A stretch of DNA of 63,827 bases, the filler included, from Lenisia limosa (taxonomy: Eukaryota > Protista > Breviatea), in assembly GCA_001655205.1 (NCBI GenBank). It is 12 parts of 12 records of this genome, joined end to end, with 100 filler letters (N's around TTAATTAATTAA, not from the genome) between each part and the next. Parts side by side here need not be neighbours in the genome. Positions count along the whole stretch, not along the records: positions 12,183 to 15,084 come from LPNZ01010539.1; positions 15,185 to 25,153 come from LPNZ01011258.1; positions 25,254 to 31,335 come from LPNZ01009159.1; 9 more parts are not named here. The stretch is one strand, 5' to 3'. A program made the position numbers and the translations under genes. Numbering within the stretch: position 1 is the first letter of the stretch; every line of letters starts with the position of its first letter. This document shows positions 12,202 to 25,506 of this stretch, in pieces. The notes under the pieces are model-generated. The model did not search any database and was not told the DNA's origin. It worked only from the letters and a program-made list of their open reading frames with translations.

Positions 12202-13475
12202 GGTTCAAGTACCTTCGCACCTGTTACCGAATTGCATGCAGGATGCACCGTGACTCCTCCAGACAGAAGGCCCTCTTTCTTCAAGCGATGACTGTGTCAC
12301 TCGGCGAGAATGGTGAGAAAAGAATATGCTTACCTGGATTTTATATTTAGTATTCTTTATTCATTTTTTTAGCTCCGAAGATTGCAACTGACCGTCAAAT
12401 TGAATTTTTCAATGATCTCCTCAAGAAGCTCGCTGAAACGTCGCTAAAAGTTAGTTATCAGATGTTTGGGGTGGCACTTTTTTGTGTGCTTATATGAATG
12501 GAGTGGAGCTTTTGTTGATAATCTTCCCGGTAGGCACATCGTGGATCGAAAGNNNNNNNNNNNNNNNNNNNNNNNNNNNNNNNNNNNNNNNNNNNNNNNN
12601 NNNNNNNNNNNNNNNNNNNNNNNNNNNNNNNNNNNNNNNNNNNNNNNNNNNNNNNNNNNNNNNNNNNNNNNNNNNNNNNNNNNNNNNNNNNNNNNNNNNC
12701 TATGATATATAATATAGTTTTACACATCATAAGTAAGCTGAAAGATACACTATTTGAAAAATCGTTCTTCTCTGATCTTGCCACATCCCCTCTTCCGCTT
12801 CTCGGCAGTCTTTTAGAAATAGTAAAAGGGAAGACTTTTTTTGCAAGTATCAAGAAAATTCCCAAATAGGCCATTAAACTTAACCCCGCTTAAATGAACA
12901 CTTATAGTTTTAGAAGAATCTGAAGGCAACAGAAACCGGATGGGCAAGCTTGTGCGGTCAAGGTCCCTGCCACAGAAGGCACAGTCGCAGCATCTACAGC
13001 CAATGCCAACAGTGCGGTGACGTATGCTGTCGGGTACATCCGTTCCCTCTTGNNNNNNNNNNNNNNNNNNNNNNNNNNNNNNNNNNNNNNNNNNNNNNNN
13101 NNNNNNNNNNNNNNNNNNNNNNNNNNNNNNNNNNNNNNNNNNNNNNNNNNNNNNNNNNNNNNNNNNNNNNNNNNNNNNNNNNNNNNNNNNNNNNNNNNNN
13201 NNNNNNNNNNNNNNNNNNNNNNNNNNNNNNNNNNNNNNNNNNNNNNNNNNNNNNNNNNNNNNNNNNNNNNNNNNNNNNNNNNNNNNNNNNNNNNNNNNNN
13301 NNNNNNNNNNNNNNNNNNNNNNNNNNNNNNNNNNNNNNNNNNNNNNNNNNNNNNNNNNNNNNNNNNNNNNNNNNNNNNNNNNNNNNNNNNNNNNNNNNNN
13401 NNCTCTTCCATTTCAAGAAGCATTGTGTAGAGTTCAATTCCATGTTTAATGCCACAAAAGGTCTGGCGGGGGTGG
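12202..13475 (+). CDS. Hypothetical multi-exon protein fragment
   Basis: AG/GT-bounded open exons FKYLRTCYRIACRMHRDSSRQKALFLQAMTVSLGEN, PKIATDRQIEFFNDLLKKLAETSLK and NLKATETGWASLCGQGPCHRRHSRSIYSQCQQCGD. No family recognised; interrupted by gaps. Confidence 0.5.
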
Positions 13476-13994
13476 AGTAACATTTGAAGAAACGAAAGAA
13501 TAACATTTGAGTCGATGGGGAAGAGGGTGAGTAGCGGATGTTCTTTAATATATATTTTTTTTTATCATGTTTTTCTTTTTGTATGAATATCACCCCACCC
13601 CAAGATATGCTGCTTTGGGATTCGTTGCAAGAAGTCATTACGAGTAAACAATACAAGTACAGATACATAACTAAAATACAATTATTCCTCGGTTTTTGGA
13701 AACAACCGCTTTCCCTCAAAAATTGGAATTCGCTTCCTGATTAGTGAGTGTTCCGAGGAATTGCGTGGCGTAACACCCTTCCACTCCTTTTCACCAGACT
13801 CATTGATCACTAGTCGGTGATTTCCGTTGGGCTTGGTTGGGGTTAGTCTACAATGGGGGCATTCGGGAGCTTGCGGAATGCTTGCCGGAGTGATGGCTTC
13901 CGCNNNNNNNNNNAAACAATTAACCATCAATATACACTACAACACGATAGTGTACACCTAACTTGTTGCTATTCTTGAAAAAGGACCCTCTTAC

Positions 13995-15010
13995 CGGTGG
14001 GAGATCGTCTGTGGTGCTTGTAGGAGAAGAGGGAGTATCACACTGCTAGGAACGTCACAGTGAATGGAATGTACTTATCACAGAATACAAAAAACACTCC
14101 ATATTTGCATGAAGTAATATGATGATATATTAATCACATTATTATACATTATGATATCTATCCATAATAGAATATACTGTATAGTAATATAAAAATATAT
14201 GATGAACATATTCGTAACACATTCCTATGAGAGGACATAGCATAAACTTATGTAGTATTCTATCATAGAGTGTTTCTATCTCATGCATTTGATCTCAATT
14301 TTTGTCCCCCTTACTGGTGGGAGATAGTCTGTGGTGTTTGTCGGAGGATAAGAGGGAGTGTCACAATGCTAGAAAGGTCACAGTGAATGTGAATACAAAA
14401 TTATGCCAATAAAAATATGGTTTTGGCAATGTTTCATGATAGTCCATAATTTGATACATCGATATAGGAACTGTGTCTTGAAGATGATGTCAGTCTTTGA
14501 CAAGGGTGGGATATGAAACGATATGTTATATNNNNNNNNNNCATATTATAAATACTATATTATATGCAATATTAATAAGAGTATTATAATATACTAAATA
14601 TACTATAATATAGTATGACATAATATCTTATGTTTCTGTAGGTGATATAGTACATAGTCACTCATAATCTTTTTTTCAACATCAATGGATCTTTGATAAA
14701 ACATTATTCATACTTGATTTCGCTCTCTATGATCCAATAACTCTTGTACCCAAAAGAGCATCACCAACCAAGATAACAGGCTTCATTCGAGCCAATCCTT
14801 CGTCCGTCGAGAACTTCAGCGGCTCATTCATTGGAGAGCGAAACACTGAGACATCATATTATAAAATAAAAAATGGTAACATATATACCAACAAAAAAAG
14901 CTAACCCATACCCTCTCCCCACTTACGGCCATTGTCTAAAGCTGTGGGCTTCATCCAGTACAAGACCTGCTCTTGAAAACCGCAATTGCTTTCTTTGTCT
15001 GTTCTGGGGG
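13995..15010 (-). CDS. Hypothetical multi-exon gene fragment containing two duplicated small exons
   Basis: Candidate exons at ~14930-15005 and ~14728-14850 (FRSPMNEPLKFSTDEGLARMKPVILVGDALL), plus paralogous exons at 14315-14368 and 13995-14045 with tag/gtaag borders. Reading frames are not fully joined. Confidence 0.35.
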
Positions 15011-15184
15011 GAAGAAGACTAAGATGTCAATAACGACAAAGGAGCTTTGATGCAAACTGAGGGTGACGTCCCTGAGGTCGGTCTNNNNNNNNNNNNNNNN
15101 NNNNNNNNNNNNNNNNNNNNNNNNNNNNTTAATTAATTAANNNNNNNNNNNNNNNNNNNNNNNNNNNNNNNNNNNNNNNNNNNN

Positions 15185-16846
15185 AGCGATGACCGTTCGG
15201 TCTGTATTCTAAGGAGGTTCTCAGCGACATTGGGGTTCTCCTTGAGATTCCTGCAAAGAGCCTTAGTACTGTGGCGCAGCTCACGGGCGACCTCCTCAAT
15301 CTAGGCGTCAGGTCAATACGCGATATTGAAGGATTGTTTTTTGGGCTCATTGCATTAAAAAGAAAATAATTCTTAAATACTTTTAAAATGTTGGACATAT
15401 CTCCATTTCAGACTCTATAATATGAATTATATAAGGTTAAAAGGATTTGCAGGAGAGCTTAACGCAAAACTTGGAAAGGATAACATAAAAGTTGGAATGA
15501 AAAAGAAGGACATTTATTGGTAATAGGCTTTGAACAAGACGATGTTGATGACAATGAAGAGAAGTCAGACAAATCCCGAAAAAAAAAAAATCAACACGAT
15601 TAAGCCCCATTAAGAATCGTACCTCTTTCTGGTTCTCCTTGTATCGGGTTTTGTTACTCAGCGCCTTCAGGGAATTTCGCTGCTTCAGCAGGCTCTCATA
15701 CCTTCGGTGTTATTTACAATTATTGGAGGATATAACATGGCGGTTTTGGTGTTATTAACAAATCCAGAAGGTTATACCATTGCTATGTTATATTTACAAG
15801 TACAAATTTCTAGAAAAGAGCAACACTTGGAGTTCTATTGGTTTTTTTATCTTGATACTCATTATAACAAAAGCCCCGTCAATGCCTACCTTGCTTCCAG
15901 GTCTCTTTGAGCGGCAATAATGGAGGAAATCTCTTCTCCAACCTTGATGCCATGAACAAAAGCATAAGAAAAACAGAGATCATAAGATGTGAAATCCCAA
16001 TGATAAAAGAGAAGTTGATATTGCAATCGAACCCTTATTTGAACCCCATAATGCCCCCACCATTTGGGCCAATTCCTCGCGGTGCATGAGAATGTCAGGT
16101 GTCATAGCTGCCAATACTGCAAGACGCTCCACTGTGTCCTGGAGGGTGGGGGTAAAATTGAAAAACTTACGAAACAAAAAAGCCCAAAATCAACTCTGTT
16201 GGCTAGCAACACACAAGGGCTGACAACAACAAAACAAAGCCCAGGCCAGTCGCTTCTGGGGGTAAAATTGGAAAATTTAGGAAAAAAACTTACGAAACAA
16301 AAAAGCCCAACATCTGTTGGCTAGCAACACTCGTTCTGAAGAACAAAATCAAAATGGACACTTATAAAGCAAAACGCCAAAGGATTTGTGAAACACAAGA
16401 GGGGGATTTTGTTTTGAGTAAAACTGAGAGATAAATGATACAAAAAACAAAACAGATGATACAATGTGGGGACTCAGCTCAGTTCAAATCAGCTAGCAGC
16501 AAATGTCATAGAGGATTAGTTTGAAGGAAGAGGCACTGATTGGGCACAAACATCCCCGTACCTCCACTATGGCCACCATCTTCTGGGCTTCAGGAGGCGA
16601 CAGATGAGCTGTGTGGGTTAGTTTGACTCATCACCACATTAAGTTTCCGTAAATTTCTCTATCTCGAAAACGGTAAATAAACCATTTGAGAGGAGGCGGT
16701 GTAGGGAAGTGGACTTTGCAAATGAAGTGGGTACGCCATATATTGACAAATACACAAATACGGTACGAATAACACCAAGGGATTGAGCAGAGAGACCCAC
16801 CATCTGAATTTTGGCCCTGAAGATCTTCAATTTTGACTTCCGCCAT
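15185..16846 (-). CDS. DRC9: Dynein regulatory complex subunit DRC9/IQCG-like, 5' part
   Basis: Reads MAEVKIEDLQGQNSD|AHLSPPEAQKMVAIVE|DTVERLAVLAAMTPDILMHREELAQM|VGEEISSIIAAQRDLEAR|YESLLKQRNSLKALSNKTRYKENQKE|IEEVARELRHSTKALCRNLKENPNVAENLLRIQTER. This resembles protist/algal IQCG-DRC9 (LCRNLKxNPNVAEN), from recall rather than a search. Confidence 0.72.
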
Positions 16847-17131
16847 TTTCAGCCGTTTCCCTCCAAAAAACCTGTATCAATTTAACAATGCTTTAAATTC
16901 CTGACTTTGAACTTTGAACTTACATGCTCGTTTTTTTTTTCGGGCCTCTTAAAAGTGATTACTTTTGATTGAATTATACAGTTTGTTTCCCCAATTGTTT
17001 TTTTTTTCAAGGAACATTTAGTTGAGGGTTTGTTGGGTGAAATATGTTTCAATGTACAATGTTGACAATATTACAATGAGAAAGCGTTTGACAGACCGGT
17101 CTAATTTTCTGTTTTATTTTTTTTAGATAAT

Positions 17132-20100
17132 ATGAGGACCTTAGCTGCCTTCTGCCTTCTCTTCATAACCGTGTTTGCTGTTGCAAGCCCTCCAAGCCTC
17201 CCTCAGCAGTTCACTGCCTTCCTTGAGAAGACTCGTATCACTTCTGTTTGTTTCCCTGATCCAAACCGGACTTATCATACAGGACACCAAGAAGGTTGTT
17301 GAGTCCTATTGGCTTGCTCTTGACGTTCATGGAACCCGCCGTGCAGTGATTGGTGTTTCAGAGGAGAACTTCCTCGGCAAGAACGGAACCGATATCAAGG
17401 TTTGAAAGGGTTGTGCATTGTTCCGTCGGCAAGGAATGATCGGAATGTTGGATATGCTCCTCTTTTACTGGGGCATCATTGACTTGTCTGTCATTTTTAT
17501 CTCATCAGTGTGCATCATATGATGGAATGGGATATTTAGTACACTGTTTAGTAACGTTTTGCTGCCGCTTTTACTGGCCTGACTTTGACAGAAATATCAA
17601 TCATACTATTCCTCACCACATAGTCCCCTAAGGTTGACACTTTCCAACTTCCCTTCTTCGATCGCCTCGTGTGCTATTCTGTCCCCGACCACAGCAAGGT
17701 GGAAAAGATCAGAATCTCTCTTGAGGCTAAGTGCGCGGGGGGGGGGGGGCAAAGCTTGTGATGTGATGAGTCTTCACTGGAATATACACTTGTCTTTTTT
17801 GAAAGATACAGGGAAGTTTGCCATACCCCTTAACAAGCTTCTCCTTTATTTTACTAAACGAATAGGGATGAAGGTACCGAGACCTTTTCGGACATTGAAT
17901 GCCGTGTCTACAAGCACAAGGTTTGCTGTTTACAATTGGTACTGCTTGAGTTTCGAACGCATATAATACCGTCTGTGTGCTTGCTGTCCATCATTTCCAA
18001 TCTTTCAATGCAATCACCTTATACTTCCAATCTTTACTGTGGGCATCATACCTTCCACTCACCTCACTCCTCAGCACTTCCTGTCCTCCATTGTCGAGAC
18101 CTGGTACGTTTCCACTTCGGACAGCCATCTTGTTGGCTACACCTATCAGGACGTTTGTGGGGCCAAAGGTGTTCTTTTTGAAATATCGTCTTTTTATCAT
18201 TAAACTCAAACAACACCAAGCGATAGTAAAAAGCCACCCCCAACAGTGAAAGTGATTCTCCAAGAGGCTCTAACACTGTTCAGAAGGAGAAGATGGAGAT
18301 CTCAGTGTACTCCCAATACGTTGCTGGAGTTCCTGACGACAAGTGGTTCAACCTCCCCAGTGTAAGCTGACTGGAAGTACCACAGAAATCAACACCTATT
18401 TGCTTACCCTTAGCACTGGTAAAACCGTTTTCCTCCAACATAATCCTTGACCTCCGGAATTGAACTGTCTCAAACCGAGCTTTANNNNNNNNNNNNNNNN
18501 NNNNNNNNNNNNNNNNNNNNNNNNNNNNNNNNNNNNNNNNNNNNNNNNNNNNNNNNNNNNNNNNNNNNNNNNNNNNNNNNNNNNNNNNNNNNGCCGCTTT
18601 ATGGTTGGCCCCTCAGACTATGTTGACCTCTACCGTATGTTCCCCCACATGGCACGCAAGATCAACGAGAGACGTGCGGATCTGCTGGAGCCTGTTCAGA
18701 CCGACGAGGTGGCTGGCGGGGTTGATAGCAGGGCTTCTCTATTGACCAAAAAGACGGATTTTTTTCAATAAATCCTCGATAAATATCAATATTGTCCTAG
18801 TCTGTTCGGGACCGTAGGGTAGTCCTACTTATATTATATATCATGTCAGGGTGAGGCAAGGTCAGATACATGGGTAAAAATTTAAGGGTGATGGAACATC
18901 AGTGTTACTCTTGATTCATTGTTGTGTTTTAGCTTTCGTTTGCTTTCATGATGTTTTAGTCAATTGAAGCTATCAACAACCAGAACCTCGGATGGACAGC
19001 TGGTGGGAGGAGAGGGGGTTGATTGGCCAATTTTATTCGCTGGTATGTCTTTTAATGCTGTAGGCAAGAACCGCTTTGGCGATATGACTATTGGACAAGC
19101 TGCCAAGCTTATGGGGGCATGGCCAATGGCTAAACCCCTCCACGTCAAAAAACCCGCCAGTAAGGGTAGTCATCCAATATATAATAAGTTTCTCATGGGG
19201 GGGTCGCGCCAGCTATCGAAAAATATATACACAATATATACACTGCATGAGGTCAGCGGGTAAGATATATATACACTATATACATTTAGTATTTTAATTC
19301 TGATGTAATTGAGAGTTCACCAATTAAAGTTGTTAAACTATCATATACATGGAAAAAATATGATATAGCTATATTGGATGACCACCCTAGCAAGCCCTCA
19401 AAATCTCGTAAATCCTTAATATTCCTGGAAATGCTTAAAAACCTGAAATAAGTCCAAGTCCCTGATTTATCTAGTGATGATCGGAGAACTTCCCAAGAAC
19501 TTTGACAGTCGCTCGCACTTCAAACATTGCTCCATCATCAGAGAAATCCGCGACCAGGGACAGTGAGGGGGTTTGTCTATTGGGCAGTTTTACTCTTAGT
19601 TTTGTATGGGATATCATTTCACCTCCTCAAAGATCGAATATATTGATGTTATTCCAGATACCACTAGTGATTGATTCTTATGACTGAATTTCAATGCGCA
19701 TTATTGAAGAAGCTATCAAATTAAAAATTTGTTTTATTGGTGAAAATGAATAACCCGATGAAGAAAACAGTTTACCCCACTTTTCTGAAGAAAAGCCGCT
19801 TTACACAAGATAATGTGCAATTTGTTACTACCATTATTTTGAAATTTGAAGTCATATATTCACGAGACAGTCATATCAAACACGTTCATTTCGAATATTA
19901 CCAAATAATATATCTTGAAACAGAGAGTAGTCTCACGTGACCCTCTAGATGCGGCTCATGCTGGGCTGTTTCATTGGCCTCCGTATTTTCGGACAGAATT
20001 TGCATCAAAACGGAAGGTATGCTCATAATACCACTTTTTGAGCCATTATATACACATGTGAACTATTATTGGGATACTGGTGTGGACAGTTTCGGCCATA

Positions 20101-21912
20101 TTTTTTCATTTCTCTAAATAGAATTAATCCCCTCAGGACGCAACTCAACATCCATGTCTGCGCAATACATCATGAACTGTGACGAGGCTGACAACTCTTG
20201 CTCTGGAGGGTNNNNNNNNNNNNNNNNNNNNNNNNNNNNNNNNNNNNNNNNNNNNNNNNNNNNNNNNNNNNNNNNNNNNNNNNNNNNNNNNNNNNNNNNN
20301 NNNNNNNNNNNNNNNNNNNNNNNNNNNNNNNNNNNNNNNNNNNNNNNNNNNNNNNNNNNNNNNNNNNNNNNNNNNNNNNNNNNNNNNNNNNNNNNNNNNN
20401 NNNNNNNNNNNNCAGGTATGCTGAAATCATCCTTTGTTTCATAAAACAATTGAGTTGTTGGTAATTGATATGATAATATGGTGATTGAATTGTTTTTAAC
20501 TTGTGCAACAGCAGAGTTGACATATCCATTCTATAACCCCCACCCCCAGGCTACGCTGAGTCAGACCGCAAGTGCCGCAGGAACCGTTGCGACAACAAGG
20601 ACGAGGCGGTCATGTACAAGGCCAGTGAGGTTTACAGCCCTGGTGGGGGGTGGGGGATTACTTCCACGCCTATTTTCTCTCTCCAAGTGAGTTTCTCAAA
20701 CCCAGAATTCATTTTAATATCTTCACAATCTTTAGGAGTGTCAGTAGAAGCAATCAAGACCGAAATCATGACCCATGGCCCGGTCCAGGCCGCGTTCTTC
20801 GTCTGGAACGACTTCATGTCCTATAAGGATGTTTGCTGGGAGGCACGCAGCACAGAGTTGTAAGGCAAATGATTGGGTGAATAATTACTATTTTACTGAG
20901 ACCAAATATGATATTTCCCATTGTGTCATGGCATGGACGGCTTTGATCAGACACTGTTTTTATTCTCACCTCTACGATACATATAAGAAGATGGAGAGAG
21001 GGGTGGGGGGCATGACTTTTAGCTGCGTGATAGGCTGTTAAACGACAATAGCCGCTGACACTTAAAGATCCTTGTTACTTGAGACTTGATAATTACAATA
21101 CCATTCCGGCCAGTCGTTTCTTACTCCTCCAGGGTGTCTATCGTTGCACTGAAGGCACCAAGGTGGCACCGCTCGGAGTGGGGGGAGGGGGTGTTCTCCA
21201 AACAACATAGTACCTCAGCTTAATGATAATATATGCTAAACAGTGTTTCCGTTTTTCACTATGCATATATTCTTTACATGTATTATATACATGTATGTTA
21301 TTGTATGCTTGTGCCAAGTTCAACTCAATTTGTGGACTTTTCCTCCGGACTTATGCTCCAGATGCATGCCGTCCGTATCANNNNNNNNNNNNNNNNNNNN
21401 NNNNNNNNNNNNNNNNNNNNNNNNNNNNNNNNNNNNNNNNNNNNNNNNNNNNNNNNNNNNNNNNNNNNNNNNNNNNNNNNNNNNNNNNNNNNNNNNNNNN
21501 NNACCCACTGTTATTCTTGGAGCAAATAGAGGCGCACTTTATGACAGAATATGTCACCCATTTAACTTAATCTATTGCAAACCAAAGTATGATATAGTAT
21601 TGACCCTCCAGCGTGGGGTGAGGACACCTGGGGAGACAAGGGCACCTTCAAGATCATCATCGGCAAGGGCGACGTGGGGGGGGGGGGGCTTTTATACTTT
21701 CTCTCATAATGTGAAAATTTGATCTGAAAACTATTAGTATTTGATCATCCATTTGGCCAACTGTGTATCGTATATTGTTTGAAAAAGCCCCATCTATCAG
21801 AGATATGGGATTATTATAATTTAAACACGCAACTTTGCAAGCTTTCGTTCTTGTAACACTTTAGTGTGGAATGGGCGACCAAATTGCCGCTGGAATCCCT
21901 GCAATCAACTGA
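17132..21912 (+). CDS. CTSB: Secreted cathepsin B-like cysteine protease (C1A) with long N-terminal extension
   Basis: Signal peptide MRTLAAFCLLFITVFAVA, then a ~200-aa extension and the propeptide IEAINNQNLGWTAGKNRFGDMT..KLMG. The mature domain reads LPKNFDSR..CSIIREIRDQGQ|CGSCWAVS..VFSDRICI, EIMTHGPVQAAFFVWNDFMSYK, WGEDTWGDKGTFKI and CGMGDQIAAGIPAIN*. Confidence 0.9.
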
Positions 21913-22198
21913 GGATTGTTTATTAGTTTGCTGTATCTGTTATAATATATTTGTATGTTGTCTCACTGAAGGGTCCTTACAATCTGAAAAAAGCTGAGAA
22001 TATCGATATTTTATTGAGGTAAAAAACATCAATGGTCCTAACAAAAACCATATTTATTGAGGAATCATCTAGATTTCAGTCTAATATCCTTTTGTTGCAG
22101 TCCCAGAAGCTGAAATAGAGAAAATGGATGGAATTCTCAAGACTAAATCTGATAATCACGTTTGAGCCAGTTTGAGATTCTCTTTTAAATTATGAAAT

Positions 22199-22489
22199 TA
22201 CGGCCGCATGAACTGCCCGATTTATGTTTCTCACTGCATATTTATTATTGGTCCATTTACAAAACAAAAATGAAAGACTTGGAGGCTCTCAATGGGATAT
22301 AAATGTGTAAATAAAGGTCAGTTACAATTACAACAGTACGGCCGATTCACACTCTAAAATTTGCTCTTCGCGAGAACCAAGACATCCATCGTTAGCAGTT
22401 GTTTTCTCAGTTAAAAGAAGGGGTTCAAAAAAGGGGTGTCTTCCTACCCAAAATCCGATTAAAGACCGCAGGCAGTCCATGCGGCCGTA
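22199..22489. mobile_element. ~290-bp TIR element (tacggccgcatgaactgcc...ggcagtccatgcggccgta); second partial copy starts at 22557
   Basis: ~19-bp inverted ends. The internal segment ttggaggctctc..aatgtgtaaataaagg is repeated at ~22278 and ~22645. Confidence 0.65.
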
Positions 22490-23189
22490 AAAATGGGTAT
22501 TATTTACACATTTACAAATTCATTTGATCCTCCGTTTTAATATTTCTTGAAAAAAGTACGGCCGCATGGACTGCCCGCTTTCGGAATTTTCGGTCCATTT
22601 CGGTCGGTGCATTTAGGACTTCGTCCAAATACAACATCACCCATTGGAGGCTCTCCAATGAGTGGCAATGTGTAAATAAAGGCCATTTGCACCTTCAACT
22701 ATGACCGATTCCAAAACTCAACCCTAAGAGTGATGAGGCTTATGCATAGTGTTAAACAGGATTGTTGTGGCGTTCCGTTACTGAGGAAAAAATAACATAT
22801 CTGGGAGCAAAAATGGATTTATAGTGGTTGCATTGGGCGAAGGAGAGCCCGGTCTGCACTTGAATTAAAAAAGCTACATTGAATGGCGAGGCTATGGGGC
22901 ACCTTAGTATGAGGGGGTTCTGATACGATCACAAAGAGACCAATTGTCATCCCCAGTGCGCCCCTTCACCGTGAATACTACATCCACAAATAAACGCAAT
23001 TCATGAAATTTCCTTCGTTGTACTCACCCCCCCCCCCCCNNNNNNNNNNNNNNNNNNNNNNNNNNNNNNNNNNNNNNNNNNNNNNNNNNNNNNNNNNNNN
23101 NNNNNNNNNNNNNNNNNNNNNNNNNNNNNNNNNNNNNNNNNNNNNNNNNNNNNNNNNNNNNNNNNNNNNNNNNNNNNNNNNNNNNNNNN

Positions 23190-25141
23190 NNNNGGGCTGC
23201 CGCGGCCTGGAGTGTGGTTAGAATGAATGGGCAAATAAGTGGCAGTGATGTGACGTTGGTAAATCAATAGATGTTATATCTGTAAAGGAATGGAAATGAG
23301 GATGATAAAGGGGCATAAGAACTGAGAAAAAGGATAAAGTGTCCGGCTAAAGAAAAATACAAAATAAAGCCCTTGTACTAGGCTTGTAGGGTGAAGGGGG
23401 GCGGGGAGGGGACCTAGGGCGGCGTGGGGGAGAAGCGCCGCCGCGAGCAGGACTGCGCCTCATTGGTGAGCGTCTGCGCATGGGCGATCTGAGAAAATAA
23501 AAACAAGAGGGTGGGCTTGTTTTACATCTACAGAGTTTTCAAAAAAAAGGCATTTTTAGACAAGTTCAGGCGTTGAGGTTTGAATGGGTATTCTGGGGGG
23601 GTATTTCTGCAGCATAATAAACAACTTTATTGGTAAAACATTGAAACACAAGAGGCCACAATGCGGTAGATGATCAAAATAGTTTGGCATAAACCAGGAA
23701 GAAGAACAAGCATTTACAAACCTTCTCATGGGAGAGCGTCTGCGGATGGGGGACCTTCTGGGGGATCTGTCGACATCAATACAGGGGGTATTTGGAAATA
23801 AAAAAAAAAACATCCAAAATCAACTCGAAGAGAAGTCACCCAAAGGCCTTTCAAAAATAACAGCATGTACACCATCAAAAACGCATATCATAACATAAAA
23901 GTTCTATGAAACATGAGACCCGGATTTCACCACCCACCATCTCTTTTGTTCCAATTATTTTTTTAATTTTAACCCCCCCCCCACCTGCGNNNNNNNNNNN
24001 NNNNNNNNNNNNNNNNNNNNNNNNNNNNNNNNNNNNNNNNNNNNNNNNNNNNNNNNNNNNNNNNNNNNNNNNNNNNNNNNNNNNNNNNNNNNNNNNNNNN
24101 NNNNNNNNNNNNNNNNNNNNNNNNNNNNNNNNNNNNNNNNNNNNNNNNNNNNNNNNNNNNNNNNNNNNNNNNNNNNNNNNNNNNNNNNNNNNNNNNNNNN
24201 NNNNNNNNNNNNNNNNNNNNNNNNNNNNNNNNNNNNNNNNNNNNNNNNGTCGGTGATTGGAGTTTGACGACGCCTATAAAGTGGGGGAAAGCAGCATCGG
24301 AGTGCACGACAAGCCGGGACGAACCTGCGGATAGGCGAGCGTCTCACGGGACTGCGGCGACGGGCGGGTGAGCGCGGGCGTTGCGTGTGGCGTGACACAA
24401 GAGTGAAGCGAACGGTGATGGTCTTTCCGTCGATCTTGGAAGTGTGAGAACAGGAATTATAATCGCACCACTGATTACACCTTTTCATTCTCCAAATTAT
24501 ATAGAAATGAGAAGAAAAAAACAAGGTAGTATCTGGCCGAAGCCGCACACAACATCACGCTTATTAGAGATATTGGGTTGTAGTATTTTAATTCACCCAA
24601 TCCTTACAACTCTGNNNNNNNNNNNNNNNNNNNNNNNNNNNNNNNNNNNNNNNNNNNNNNNNNNNNNNNNNNNNNNNNNNNNNNNNNNNNNNNNNNNNNN
24701 NNNNNNNNNNNNNNNNNNNNNNNNNNNNNNNNNNNNNNNNNNNNNNNNNNNNNNNNNNNNNNNNNNNNNNNNNNNNNNNNNNNNNNNNNNNNNNNNNNNN
24801 NNNNNNNNNNNNNNNNNNNNNNNNNNNNNNNNNNNNNNNNNNNNNNNNNNNNNCCAAAATCGTTAGGTGGAGGGTATGGGCTGTGTTTCTACCTCGGTGT
24901 TTCCAAACAATACAAATACTAAAATGCAGCACAATGAGAAAAGCTGAGTTATTCCTGACTTCTTCGCAAATATTGCAAATAATAATATAATGACAGCATA
25001 ATAGTAGCAACAAAACAGGCAGTCGACCCACATTTTGCCGTAGATGGCGAAGATTTCTTTGATGTGCTCGGAGGTGACGTTGCGAGTGAGGTTGGCAATA
25101 TTGAGCGTCTTGCTGGGGGGAGTCTTGGAGCGAGAGCGTCT
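23190..25141 (-). CDS. RNPS1: RNPS1/SR45-like RS-rich RRM protein, partial
   Basis: The RRM exon RSRSKTPPSKTLNIANLTRNVTSEHIKEIFAIYGK matches RNPS1 LTRNVTxxHIxEIFxxYG. It is followed by KIDGKTITVRF and several RSP-repeat exons. Both ends fall in gaps. Confidence 0.8.
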
Positions 25142-25411
25142 GGGGGGGGGGGGNNNNNNNNNNNNNNNNNNNNNNNNNNNNNNNNNNNNNNNNNNNNTTA
25201 ATTAATTAANNNNNNNNNNNNNNNNNNNNNNNNNNNNNNNNNNNNNNNNNNNNGGGGAGGGGATATTTGATTCCTGAGAAAGCAGGTCTCCAAACCAGAT
25301 TCAGTTTGTTGTTAACTGCGCTCCAAATACAACTTTCGGTCAAAAATCAAATATATTTTGTCCAATAGTTGTCATTATTGTCCAATTTCAAATTTCCCTT
25401 AGATACAACTA

Positions 25412-25506
25412 GGGCTTCACTTCGGTTCGAAAATACCCGTAAAATATCGATAGTTTTCGAGGATTTATCGGGAAAAAATAGTCTTTTTTTAACCGAAGTG
25501 AAGCCC
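25412..25506. mobile_element. MITE family A copy
   Basis: Runs ta|gggcttcacttcggttcgaaaa...aaccgaagtgaagccc. Confidence 0.85.

Noticed and set aside
12902-13719. Long ORFs spanning N runs throughout the ORF track
   Set aside because: They are artefacts of translating gaps as X.
14728-14850. KPVILVGDALL as a MICAL/FAD-monooxygenase motif
   Set aside because: The expected following EPFWP-type exon was not found, and a single short motif is insufficient.
15185-15330. Plus-strand open frame (SKEVLSDIGVLLEIP...)
   Set aside because: It is the antisense shadow of the DRC9 exon, whose minus-strand reading continues the conserved protein.
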